Assembly (NCBI RefSeq): GCF_001194135.2
Contig: NC_068983.1
Location: 159,046,146 to 159,110,145 of the forward strand
Direction: 5' to 3'
DNA: 64,000 nt
DNA from: Octopus bimaculoides
Lineage: Eukaryota
Positions 40,501 through 54,200 of this stretch are shown in pieces. Positions within the stretch are counted from its first letter, which is position 1. Each line of letters opens with the position of its first letter. A program made the translations under genes and the position numbers. Under the pieces are notes generated by a model. It was not told the DNA's origin. It did no database searches and worked only from the letters and a program-made list of their open reading frames with translations.

Positions 40501-41552
40501 TGATTAGTGGCATCATTTATAAATAATGTTCTAACTGTAGTCGTCTCATCTTTATTGTGATCATGTTGTGTTAAGATTCTGATATTTTTCAGTTTTGTAT
40601 TTCTTATTTAATAGTCAGAAAGGAATTTTGTAAAAGATTTATGTCCAACCCATGCTAGCATGAAACAGGGGCATTAAATGATAATGATGATGATTTAACC
40701 TGTACATTGAACAAATCTGGAGTCAATTTTAAGACTCTCTTTTATCTTTGCCAGCTAGCTTCAGTTTTATCTTGTGATCATTCCCTCTGCTATGTCCAAT
40801 GTTTGCAGGTACTCCTCTCTCGTACATTAGTCCTCCCTTCTGAGCAATATTTTGACATATTAGTCATTAAGGATTACATTTTGATTGTTAATCTGCATTA
40901 AATTGATTATATCTTTGTATGATCTCAATGAATTGATTATGTGACCTGGTTTTGATTTTTGTTTGGGACCATTTCACTTCATTAACAATAACATTTTCTT
41001 AAGGTAGTGTATGGTCACAACACCAGCACCCTTCACTGTCAATTTCTGAAATGTGTATTTATATGTGTGTATCTAAATAAATATGCTGTTGTCTTTTCAA
41101 ATAGACATACAGTGTAAGGCTTTTTTTAAGTGTGCAAGATTTGGAAGTTATGATGTGCATAGCTTTTCCACATATATTAGCAGCATAAAGGAAATGTACT
41201 ATCTATGATTGAGAATTGAAATTAGGTTTATATCTACTTTTGTTGCTTTCACACTCTGATGTTAAAAAAAGCCGTTGCTTATTGAACGATACTATTGTAT
41301 ATGAAAAAATCAATAAATGAGGGAAAGGTATATTAAGTTTTTTCAAATTTGTAATCTATAGAGTAAATAAATCACTCTTCTCTCTCTCTCTCCCTCTCTA
41401 GTCTCATACTACTCATATTTTTGTTATGATGTCTGCAAGTCAGTTTGCCTAATCAATGTTTAACCTGTTACCTATTCAGTCTGACTGTATATTGTTGTAA
41501 GTCTATCCTGATAGCCTTCCTTATTCTAAAATTCTGCTGCAATGACCATTGG

Positions 41553-41615
<63 letters not shown>

Positions 41616-42955
41616 ATATAAAATTTTGTATTGCAGACATAGTTATGTAGTTGGAAAGCTTATTTCCTGACCATGTGAGCTTGGGTTTTGTCCTACTGCA
41701 CAGCACCTTAGACAAGTGTCTTCTTTTGTAGTCCCGGGTCGACCAAGACCTTGTGAATGGATTTGGAAGATAGAAGCTGTGTATGTATGTATATGTGTAC
41801 CCTGGTCTTGACATCATATGGTGGTTGTAAATGAGCATCATAAGTGACCATGTTCATTTCCTGTCTACCATGGTGAAGTATTGCCTTACTTGCAAACAGG
41901 TGTGGGTTAGCGAAGTGAAGGGCATCCAGCTGTAGAAAATCTGCCACAACAAATTCTGTCCGACTCATACAAGCCTGTAAAAGTGGATGTGAAACGATGA
42001 TGATGATGTTGTTATGACCCTGCTTTTAGAATAGGTACACTTTCCATGAAAAAGAAAAACTGGGATGGGATGACCACGGCTGGAATACCTTAAAGTCTGT
42101 ACTATCGGGACTGATCTTGTTTGAACCAACAACTACCATTATTTCTGTCATTTCAATTTTTGTATGCTGTTCTATGTTTCCATAACCACCTGCTTCAGTC
42201 ATCACTCTTTTACTTTATGTCATCATTGACGTGTTGCATTTAAACATTTGATCTGTTTCATTCCAAATCTGTCTACTTCAGCTTCTCACTCCCAACTCGT
42301 GACTTTTGTCTGAATTGTCGTTGTATGTCTAGTGTTTACTAACTGATACTTTTAATGCAAACATTCCCACCTTGTACTCCATCTCTTACAAAATCTACAG
42401 ACACAAAACATATTGACTGTTTCTATCCAATCACTTCAAGATCTCTGGCCTTTACTGTCAGCTCTTCGCTATATATACAGCATCTCACTATTGTTGCATG
42501 CATTACTCAATGTAACGTTTTGTACAGAAATTATTTTGCTGCCAAGAAAGGTATCAGTTGTCTAATCTCCACCCACTACTGTAGATGCTGCTGTTGCTGG
42601 TTCCAGTATCCAATACTAATAAATGCATGATACAAAAAAAAAATACATCTTGTTTATCAGATATATGAAACTTAGTCTAAAGCCTTCTCTGAGTCAACAA
42701 AATCAATGGGTATATTCTTTGCAAAGTATATCTCTGGCATTTGTTTCACCAGTTTTTTCGATCCTTTGTGACAATGCCAGCTCATTTCTTATGGGATTGA
42801 GCCCTCTCAGTTAACCATTTCAAATGAAGTGTGTTTGAAGGTATCCATTTGTATGTACCTACGTTTAACAACATACTGAATAACTAGATATAGTGTATGT
42901 TTACATAAATACATATATACATGCAGGAAATAAAGATCACACATATTGATGATTT

Positions 42956-43014
<59 letters not shown>

Positions 43015-44893
43015 TCACCATTTAATGTTCATTTTCCACACAGGCGTCGGTTGGACAGCTTGACAGGAGGTGGCCAGCCGGAGAGCTGTGCAGGCTCCAG
43101 TTGTCTGTTTTGGCACGGTTTCTATGGCTGGTTGCTATTCCTCATGCCAATCACTTTACAAAGTGTAGTGGGTCCTTTTCTATGTGGCACCAGTGCTTCT
43201 TAAATGGCACTGGTATGGCTGCTTCTTGCGTGTTACCAACATGCCTGTGACACCAGTATGATGTGTATATATGATCAGTGAGTGCACTTTACTTTGTAGT
43301 TTTTTATGAAAGTATATTCATTCACAATTTTTTTTTTATGTTAGAATGCTAGGAAGTTTAGCATTGATCACAGTTCTTATTTGAAGTTTTGAAGAAACCA
43401 GAAAAGTTATTTGAAATATAAAAAAGATAAAAAACTAAAAAAAAATGAAAATTTTCTTCAAAACAGGAAGTCTGATAATATAAAACAATGAAGACGAGAG
43501 TATTGTGTGAATGAAACATTGTCAGACAATGAAATTTTTATTGAAATTGAATCAGTAGTAGAGTTAGCAGTAGTAGTAGTTAGTGTAGCATTTAGTAGCA
43601 TGTTAGTAGTATTAGAAATAATATGTGCAATAAAATGACATACAAAAGTCATAACTTATTGGCAATAAAATATTGAACAACCCTATAGATTCATTCTTAA
43701 AAATGTGGGTTACCAGCTGACCACCACTGCTTCACTCACAGCACACAAAGGCCATTCACAGCCATTGGTGGTGGAGGGAAGATTGGTTAAAGTGAATGAG
43801 AGGAAAATGGAACAAAATCATCCTATAGCATATTTGAAAATCTTTTTTTTTCTTTCAGAATTGTTGTTGATTTTAATTTTCATCTATTTTTGTTGCATTT
43901 CTGACCATTAGTTTATTCTAAGTATTTTTTCCACACAATCACTTAGAAAACTTTCTGTTAATCTCTGTGTAAAATATCTTCAGCTTTGCTGAGTCTAAAC
44001 ACACTTTTCTTCTTCAAGATATTTGAATTATTTTTATCCATAATCCTGAAACTGTAAAACCCAACTGGGTCTTAATTTTACTGCTAAGTGCTCTACAAAT
44101 TAGTGTAGCATGGTTCAGGAATGTATTTGATCCTGTTGCTGCACTGGATCAGAATGGAAGAGTAACTGAAATAATTTTACTAATTTATAATATTTGCTAT
44201 GTCCGTGATAATTGACAAAGTCCTATTATTTTCTTGAATGATATTAAACTTAAGCTACTGAATTTGTAAAACTTCTTCCTATTGAATGGTTTGAATGTGT
44301 ATTTTAATTGCTAGAAAAATGTAATTTCTGATATTCCAACTAAAAACTTATTAAAAGTCTTTTATAATTATTGTTTATAAATTTTGTGCTGTTAGCTTTA
44401 TTCCTAATTAATTTTAAAGAACTGTTCTAGATTGATTCGATAAGGTTTACTGTCTTTGCTAGTATTTTTGTTGTACAAATATTTTGATGTTAGAGTTCTG
44501 ACTGATTTCTCAAAGATACAGACTTCCAGCTGTGATCTTATGAGCACATAAGCTACTCTGCAAAATTATTGAACCTGTTTTATCTAAAGGAAAAATTAAA
44601 AAAAATCTGATTTCTAGAAATCCTGAAACATTATCTTTCTAATTGGGCTTTATTGATACAATTTGTATATTTTTTTGTACAAATATGTAAGTATCAAGAG
44701 GAAAAGGGTTAGAAGAGAGTTAATGACCCGCATAGTTGGACCCTTGAGTTTTTTTCCTTATTTAGATTTAATTTATTAATCCACAAAATTTTAGAGCAAA
44801 GCATAATTCTTTTAAAACAATTTATAAAGCTAATATTTCCATTAAGGCAATATTATATTTTGATTTAAGAGTTGATTTTCTTTTTTAGTCTAA

Positions 44894-44933
<40 letters not shown>

Positions 44934-47900
44934 CATTATATATAATGAAGTTAGGTTCTCTATGTGGTGTCATTTATGAAAAATTAGTGCTTTAATCACT
45001 TGAGGCTTATTTCCTTTCAAACTTTACTCTTCCACCTCTTTAATTTTGTTGATACCAACATTTGGAATGAAATATAAAAAAAAAAAGAAGAAAATATAAG
45101 TTCCATTTTATGCTCTCTGCAATGTTTTAGTTCAGGTAGGTGAGTGCATTATTTTACTGCATTGAAATCATATCTAATTCTCTCTGTAAACAGAAAACTT
45201 ATCGAACTCTTTCACAGGTGAAAAATCAAAATTTTCGTTTTAGAAATAAGAGATCAACATTATTAAAATCCATTTTGAAAATAATAAGCTACAGTAAAAA
45301 TAGTTGGATTGAAAGAAGATTGAAATCTTAGCAGTGATTTTGAATGTGGTGAAATTATTTGTATTTTTCAAGAGCATTCCATTAGTGTTTTTAAAATCCT
45401 TTTTTTTTTCTCTTATATTGGCTTGGCCATATATTTCCACTTTCAGTATGGTCTTGTATGAAATGTTGTGATCAGCAGCTATCTGTATCATTTACAGCAG
45501 AATCAATAATAAATATAATTTAAAATCCAAACAGACCTATGGCAGACCATATTACACACTCATTCATGCATCCACTCATTCATGCATCCACTCATTCATG
45601 CATCCACTCATTCATTTTGCTCTTAATTCTTTTTCTCTTCAAAACAGAAATAATCACCTTAAGTTTCTGTGTGTGTGTGTGTGCATGCATGAGCCTGTGT
45701 ATACATATGTTTGTGTGTGTTATCCTGTATTAAAAACATTTGATTCATTTTCAGAAAAAAGCAATGGCATTTGAATATTGCACCTATTGCAACAGAAGCA
45801 TTGCCAAGACACAAAACTTTTTTTTTCAAATAATTGCTCACTCTCTAAAACCTTTATTGTCTTGTGACTTCTATCAAGCCTTGCAAATATAGCTTGCTCT
45901 TTTATCAAACAACATACTGAGATGCACTTAAAAGACATTGCTATAATATGAAAATGATATCAATGTAGATCAGTATGAAAATGTATGTCTTGACAGTGAA
46001 TATTATTGTGCCAGCTGCAATGAAATACAGAACTGTTTTGAAATAATTTTTTTTATTTCAATGTTCATCAGTTAGAAGTTAACTTTTATTAGGACAGTTC
46101 TTGACAAAGAATACATTCAAATAGACATTTATGAGAAAAAGTTTATGATAAGTTTAGAGAGACATTTTATAAGGAAAACTGGTAGTAATATAACCTGCAT
46201 ATTGTTTAGCCTTTAAAACAAAGCAATATTGCAGTGGTAGGTATGTGCATTTAAATTATTACTCCATACAGAGTGGTAGATGTGTGTTCAACATATTGAC
46301 AAAATTGAATTCACTACAACTAACATGTTTGAAAAGTTAACACCAAATTTCAGCAGATAGAAATTGGGTTCTTGTCAGTATTCAGTAGACATGCCTTCTA
46401 GATAGACAACATGGTTATCCTCAGAGGTATTGTTGATTATTACTTATTCTCATCTTTTCAACACATTTTGCAAAGGACTAAATTATTGTTGCTTATTTTA
46501 TATTTCTGCAAAGTTTAGATTGTGCGTTTTTTCCTTTGTATTCACAGGAAAAGTAAAGAAAAGCCAGTTAATGTTTACACCCTTAACTTTTAGTGTGCAA
46601 TTTCATAACAAAAAAGAGACATTTTACTTAGATTTATGTCCTATGATATTTAACAGTTTTCAATAATAGTATCATCAACATTTTGATGAAGTATTTTGTA
46701 ATCATTTCTGCTTAAGAATCAAATCATCTTCTATAAGAGGGTAAGAGCCTCCACTTCCCTGGTAAAAAAAAAAAAAAAAAAAAAAAAACTTAGCCATTGA
46801 TACCTAACAATTGCAACAGAAATGAAAGATGCTTCTTATGAATGCTTTAGATGTATGATATTTACCTCTTAGAGGAAAGGTTTTTTTTTTTATTGCTAAG
46901 TTTTCTTATTGGCATATCTGAGATTCTTATGTTGTGAGCACACCGACTGATACTGTTAAGAATAAGCCAAGTTTCTCTTTGAATTGAACATTAGTTATGT
47001 TAAATTTTCCTTCCTCTCATCCATAAGACTATTGCACATGGTGATTTACTGTTTAATTAAACTACTATTTGTTAAGTTTACTCATTACATCTGCCTCTCT
47101 GTCAGACTGAAATTGCGCATAATGTTATGTGAATTATTTTCTTTATTTTAGTTCTTAAAAAAAAAAACAAAAAAAAAAAATAGAAACATGAAATGGTAAT
47201 GACTGATCCTTGTTTGAATCAGTTGTTATTACATAATTTATGGTTCACTATATACAGTTAACTACCACATAATACAAAAGAGAAACACTGAAGAAAAAAA
47301 AAAAAAAAGAAATGTATTTTTTCGAATTTGTTTTTTTATTTTTGACTCGATTGTCAAATTCTAAATCTCCTGCTTTCACTTGAGGATGTTGAAAAGGCAG
47401 ATATAAACTTAGTTGTTGTTCATTTAACTTACTTTGTCTAACATTTAGGTTTCCAGTATTTGTGTTTCTGATTTAAAAATAGCACAACCATACAGTAATG
47501 GTGGTGGTGGTAGTAATAGTAATAGTAATAGTAGTAGTAGTAGTATTAGTAGTAGAAGTGCTATACACTTTTGAAATTTTGTTTTTAATATTTGATCTTT
47601 GATATTTAAGTATTGTTTCTGTGAACTTTATCAGAAGTTGAAATAACCATCTATCTTTGCTGTTTTACTGGAAAAGAATAATAGAAAGGAAATTTCCTTT
47701 GTGAAGCTAGCTCCCGTGGAAGTTAATGATTTTCTAAATATTAGTTTATGACACAGCCATATTGAGCCTTTCATTTATCTACTGTGCATTGTTGGTATTC
47801 CTTTTGTGAATGTCTAGTAAACTGTCTTATTGAGAGAATATTTTATTCTAGTTAGTAAAATGATGTGAGAATATAAAGTTTGGGTTGAGTTTTGATTTTC

Positions 47901-50900
47901 TGCTATCACTACCAAATTAGAACTTATTTATAATACTTCAGTAAATGTTTTTTTTTAATGTTTTTGATAAATTTACTTTTTATACATAAGCTCCTCCTTA
48001 TTGTTGGTAAGTTTCTATGACTAAGGTTAGCTAAATATAACACAACTGCCTGATTATGGGTAATCCTCAAAGTGAAATTGGATTGTGTGGCAGGTCAGTA
48101 AGATACAAGTGAGCCAATTCTTTGACATATTATCACACTATGCAATTGATTTTGCACTTTAGAATAAAAATAAAATCAAAACAACAATGACAAGAAAAAT
48201 TACAGTCTGAGCATTGAAATGGTAAAAAGTATAAATGAATTGTCTATTAAGTGTTTATTGCTTTCACTGGAAAAGTTCCAAGTTATGTACAAATAATCAA
48301 ATTAATAAAAAGGCATGTAAAAACATTTAACTACTGATGTCAAAATTGTTCAAGATTTCGTGTAAAACATTTTTATTTTGAAATTATAAATTTTTTTCAT
48401 GTTTTAATATATATAGAATTAGTTTTATTTTTGATGTTGGGATAAAGATAAAAAGTTTAATGTAATGCTTTGGGTAGATTTAAAAACATTGGGATTAAAA
48501 ATTGGGGAGGGGGAATAGTTTAAAATACTTTCTCATTTTTTTTTTTAAATAAAATTTGGATACCATGTGGAAATTTAATTACTGATGTTATCTCATTTAA
48601 AAAGGTTCTTCTATTTTTCTCAATGAAATTAATATATTTTAATTAGATCTTAAATAAGTAAAATTAAATTGTACAATCTAGTAAAAACACATGCTATCTC
48701 TGCAGGTGCTTTGGAATTTACATACATTTATGTATAATTGTATATTTATACATATACATATGAATCAAGAGGATGGATGTTCTATCTACAAGTGCATACA
48801 GTTATATACATTAATACAATGTCTCTAATAACCTGAAACCAACTGAACAGATTTAAGAGAAGGTGTTTATTGTCGATATCATATTTTGATTGACTCTGGC
48901 TCCTCTTTTATCAGGCATTTGTATTTTAGGTTTATAAAGCAAGCATATTTGACTAGTGACATCAGCAGACAACATCATTGAAACTAAATATTCTGTGTAA
49001 ATTTTGATTTGTAGTTCTTCAGCTACTGAGCTATGAAAATTATTGCTTCTCGAATGAGTACTGTTTATTGCTTGTCGAATGGGAACTATAATAAAAAGAT
49101 ATCCCTGAAGAGCAGAATTTATATTTTTGAATATTTTTTTTTTCTTTTAAGTTAAGAGCGAACTTTTCACTTTGGAACGAACCGACATTCTTTGTTCATT
49201 TACAGCACAGCCATGTTAACTTAACATAGGTGCATTGAGAAAGTTGAACACATTTGTTTTTTCAGTCAACATATATCGATGTTCATAAATTGTTTAATCG
49301 ATGTTAATTACAATTTCTCATCATAAGTTTAAATTTTAACATTTTCTTCACCTTATTTTATCCTTTTTTGGAATACATTTTTCTCTGTAAAATAGTTACA
49401 GAGTTCACCAGTGGAAGAAACTTTTGAACACTCTGTTATTGCTCAGTGAATATTTAGTGGCAGTCTCATATTTTATATCAGCATGAAAATATATTGCTAT
49501 AACATTTGTATATTTTTGCTGTACACATATGTATCCAGAGAGGTCATAATCTGTAAAATAAGACATCAAAGCAAAGATATATAAGGCCAGCTAAGGCTTA
49601 TTAAAGATTTTACAAAGACAATTTTCAGCAGAGAATATTCAATAAATTGCAGATTTTTAAAAGACAATACATTTTTTTTTAGATGCTTTTTATATAGAAT
49701 TAATTTTTAAAAATGTACAGTGTTAATTTTCATAAAACGTTTATATTGCTTGGAATTTAAACTTTATTTAATATTATTTATATCTTTAGATTTTTTTTTT
49801 AAATTGGTTTCTCTTCCTTTAACTTTAGATATTTCATATTCAGTATATTTGGGAAACTTAATTACTGCCCACTTTTTTTTTTAGAACAAGTTTTTTGTTT
49901 TTAACTATCATTTAGTATATTCCAGTATTTACCTGTTCCAAATCTTATACTATTCTCCTATATGTTTTTCTCATTTTCTCTGGAACTATTTTTATTTTCT
50001 CATAATTTTTATATTATTTCTTTGCAAGTTACAATTGAATTTCTTCAGTTTCATTCATCAGTTTCACTGTTCCAGATCTTTCAGTTTCATGCCCTACAAT
50101 ATTTATCAAGACAATTCATGTTTTCAAATTTCCTAAGATCTCCATTCCTCAACATTTCAACTTGACATTTTAAACAGGGGATTTAATTTCATCTGTTTTA
50201 CTGATTATCTCTTTGCAGTGGTTTATCATATTTAGAAGATAATTTAATGTCAATTGATATATATTTTAAACTATTGTTTTTCTTCAGTTGATTAACAAGA
50301 GATCAATGAGTCAGTGATCATATTGATTTTGGACTCTGATCATTTAGTATTTAGTTTCAATGTTCAATCATTAGTGCTTATCATAGTTTCAATTATGGAA
50401 GACTCTTCTTTATTAAATCTCTTTTGAAGATTGCTACATACAGTTAGTTTTTGCTTAATTTGCTTATTAATTAGAAGAATATTTTGAGATATATTATTGT
50501 GTCCAGAAGAGAAACCATTGTGGTCTTAAATGTTTATTGCTGTAATTTCAACTTATCTCACTGTTTAATATCTTATCGAATAATAGAATTGGACAGGAAA
50601 AAAGAAAACGTCACCCTTTTTATGTAAATGAGCCATTATAAAATTCTTTTGTGACTTAATGAGTCAAATACAACATTTATCATTTCTCTCATGTCTAGGA
50701 GGTAGACAAAAAAAAAAAAAAAAANNNNNNNNNNATTTTGATTTCATCTATTTTTGACCACATTAGAGGGTTTGAATATATAACAAGAGCTTTCATTGGA
50801 ATCTCCCATTCATTATTATGAACTCAGTAGTCGAAATAGTTGAGTTTGATTGATTCTGTTTCTTTTTTTTTGACATGTTAATGAAATCTTTTTTTTAATA

Positions 50901-51246
50901 GAAGTCAATTTGAAGCTAACAGTTTATTAAGGGTTAGCTTCTTCCTCCTTAGATTATTGCCCCCCACCCCCCACCTCATTCAGATTATTGAAATGAAGCT
51001 TTTTTTTGTTTTATCATATATAATTGAGCAAGCTATGAAAAAAAAAAAAAAAAAATTGGGTGTTAAAAGATAGTAGTGTATGGTCACCATGTTCAACGAT
51101 AAACAGAATGGGTGTAATGTCAACCATAACAAGAATAACGTTGAATTAGTGTAGAAATTCTAAGGTCATGCATGGAAGTCAGCAAAAAAGGGTATGAGGA
51201 ATGGAAATTGCAGTTACCTATGTCAAAAGAAGTTGTTTGTGTAGAA

Positions 51247-51288
<42 letters not shown>

Positions 51289-54200
51289 GTATGACAAATA
51301 GTGTTGGCTGGTGCAAGGTATTTTAATGTGTTCTGGAAATTTTCAGAAAATCATCAAGTGGTGGTGGTGGTGGTGGTGGGGGTAATGAATTATTTCTCTG
51401 TTTTTAAAAATGTTACTTTTCCCAATTGAGATGGTGGGATAATTGCTACTTTAGACAAGTAGTTCTTCAACTGTTCTTGCATATAATAGGTACTTCAGCT
51501 GTTAGTGTATCTAACAATGGAATGTCTCTCATCCAAGTTATGTTACCTAACAGCAAAACACTTAGGCACCTCAACTGTTAGTGTTACCTAACACATAACA
51601 GTTCGGTTATATCAGCTGTCAGTGTATTTACTAATGAAGCACCGACTACATCAGTTGGTAGTAGAATATAACAACTACATAAGGTCTTTAATTAAAAATA
51701 AAATAATAAGTAACATCTGATGGTTTTAGTTACACACACACACACACACACACGCACGCAAAATGTATGTTCTCTTAAAAGATGACATATCTTTAAAAGG
51801 AGTTAGTGTGTGTGTGTGTGTGTATGTGTGTGTGGGGGCAGAGATTGACTTGATGTAGACTGGTCATAATATGATTCTGAAATGTGAAAGAATAAATTCC
51901 TCTTTTGATCTACACTACTGGTCAAATAAATGAGCAACAGGTGTTTACCTACCTTTCTCTGGTTGTAAACACCTGCTGGTATAATAGACTTGTGGACATG
52001 TCAGACTTTGATTGGGGAAAGTGATCAGTTAAGTGCCATTTGAAATTTGATTAACAATATCTCATCTGTCTCCCCCAGGAACAATAACAGTGGCTTTATG
52101 GGCCAGTTGATACTGCTGTCTTGATGGAGACAAAAATGGAAAAATTGAATAGGAAAATGGGGAGGGGGGAAATAAAAAAAAAAATGACCATCAGTTATAG
52201 TTCATATTCTATGTATGACCATTTTGTTCAGTTTTAGTATTCAGTCATTACTATTGCTAGGTTGATTTTATTGCTTTTTGATGTGTTCTCTTGCTCAAGG
52301 AGAATTCCATTTTTTTTCCTTCTTGTGCTTCTACTTCCTCACTCTTCACATTGCATCCTCAATATTCTCACAGAATCATCATGTTAATTATTTACGTATT
52401 CTATTATCGTTGTGTCTTTCTTCAACTTTCACAATTATTGTATAGTTTTTTTTTGTTTTTTTTTCCTGTACTGTTTTCTTTTCTTACCACTGTTTTTGAT
52501 AATTACCAGAAATGTTTTTTCAGATTCCATGCAGCAAGGTTAATTGGTATTGCCAACATAAAGTAAGAGGGAGTTAGAGGGTGAGTGTGGGGGGGAAATG
52601 TTTTTTTTTTTTTTATAGAGTACCTGTTAATATTTTTTAAAACTTTTTTTTTCTTTGCTTTGTATTAATGGACAGTTGAACCCAGGTGGGCTTAATATTA
52701 CTATGCTGCATTACCACAAGTTGTCTTCAGTCTGCCTAAAAAAAGAAAGGATACAAAAGTTGATTAAAACTATGTTGTAATACACATTGCTTTGATTGTA
52801 CATATTGTGAAATTGGAACATAATAGGAAGCATCTAAATATCAACTCAGACGTTTTCATTTAATGTTTAAAGGGATAAAGACCCTTAGAATGTTTAAAAT
52901 AGATTGAATCTGAGAAATGGTGCTTTGCAGCTATCTGATTTGGATGAACAGATATCACTGCAGTTGCTGAGGAATGTGTATTTGTTGACCAATGTCCATC
53001 AGAATAGTTTTTTTTTAAATTTAAATATATTTATAACCAAAAATGCAGCTCATTCTCTTTCAGATTTTCTAAATTTTGAAAATAATATTTGAAAAAATTT
53101 ATTAAAGCTAATAACTTAAAAAAAAAAAAAAAGAATGGTAACCATTATCTTCTTGACTTCTCATCTTACCTTGTCTTTATCTCTCTTTTTAGAAAAGGCA
53201 TGGCAGGAACAGCATGAGGCAACTGAGGATCACTGCATGCATGGTAGGCTGTGTCGGAACCGTGGAGCTTGTACAGGTTTTGTTCATTTCTTCTTCAGCT
53301 AAAACATATAATAACATTTTATGGTTTAATTTGCTTAGAATATTTATCTCTGAGAAAAAAAAACAAAAAAAAAACACTTGTGTGATGTTCAATGAGCGAT
53401 TAGGAATAAGAAGGAATTGAGATAAAGTTTACAATCTGAAATAAGATAGAAATAAGATAGCATTGTCTGAAGGAATTTTTTTGTTACTTTTAAAGATTTT
53501 ATCTAAAGAAATTTTGATACCTGCTTTAATGAAGTAAAGGCCATAAATTTAATTGTATAAGTGTATGTATGCATGAAAAGAGAGTGTGAGAGATGAAACA
53601 TTGCTTTATAATCTCTGAAAACTTTGGGCCATTTTGACTATTTCAATAATGATTAGCCTGGATGTCTGATTAAAGAATTTTCTTTCAGTATATCTTCTCA
53701 GAACAAATATTTCATGTAGTTAGGAATGTAAGTTGTTGAGATTGTATTAGATGTAGTAGTTTTAATAAACAGTAAAAGTAGCAATGATAATAATTATGCT
53801 TATTAACAAATGAAAAACAAATTCTTCCTTTTTCCTTAGTTGGAAGTCGGTGTTATTTCATGCATCTTCTGTGTGGGAGTATTATAACACTAATGTCAGT
53901 TTTGGAAGCAGTTATTGCTCGTCACTCATATCAAATGCATCTCAGGTAGGTTGTGAATTCGATTTGCTAAACTATAATCTATTATCTCTTCTTACTCAGC
54001 ATTTACTCATGTTTGTAGTTTTTCTTTTTCCCCCATTTTTCTAATTATTATTATTATTATTATTATTATTATTTATTTATTTGTTTTTGTTGCATTTAAA
54101 TTTGTGAAAAAAAGTTATGTGAGACAATGAAAGTCATTTCAGACTATAAACATAGTGCAGTTGAATTGTTGGTGATATCTGGTATTAGAAGTTTAATGAG

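Noticed and set aside
49386-49450. Exon-like segment [17 protein letters not shown]
   Set aside because: Open only in phase 0, whereas the host intron is phase 1; no family similarity.
33253-53192. Missing coding exons or a nested protein-coding gene in the 19.9-kb intron
   Set aside because: IDA|EKAW joins in phase and aligns without a gap to the family; ORFs inside are repeat-derived or compositionally spurious.
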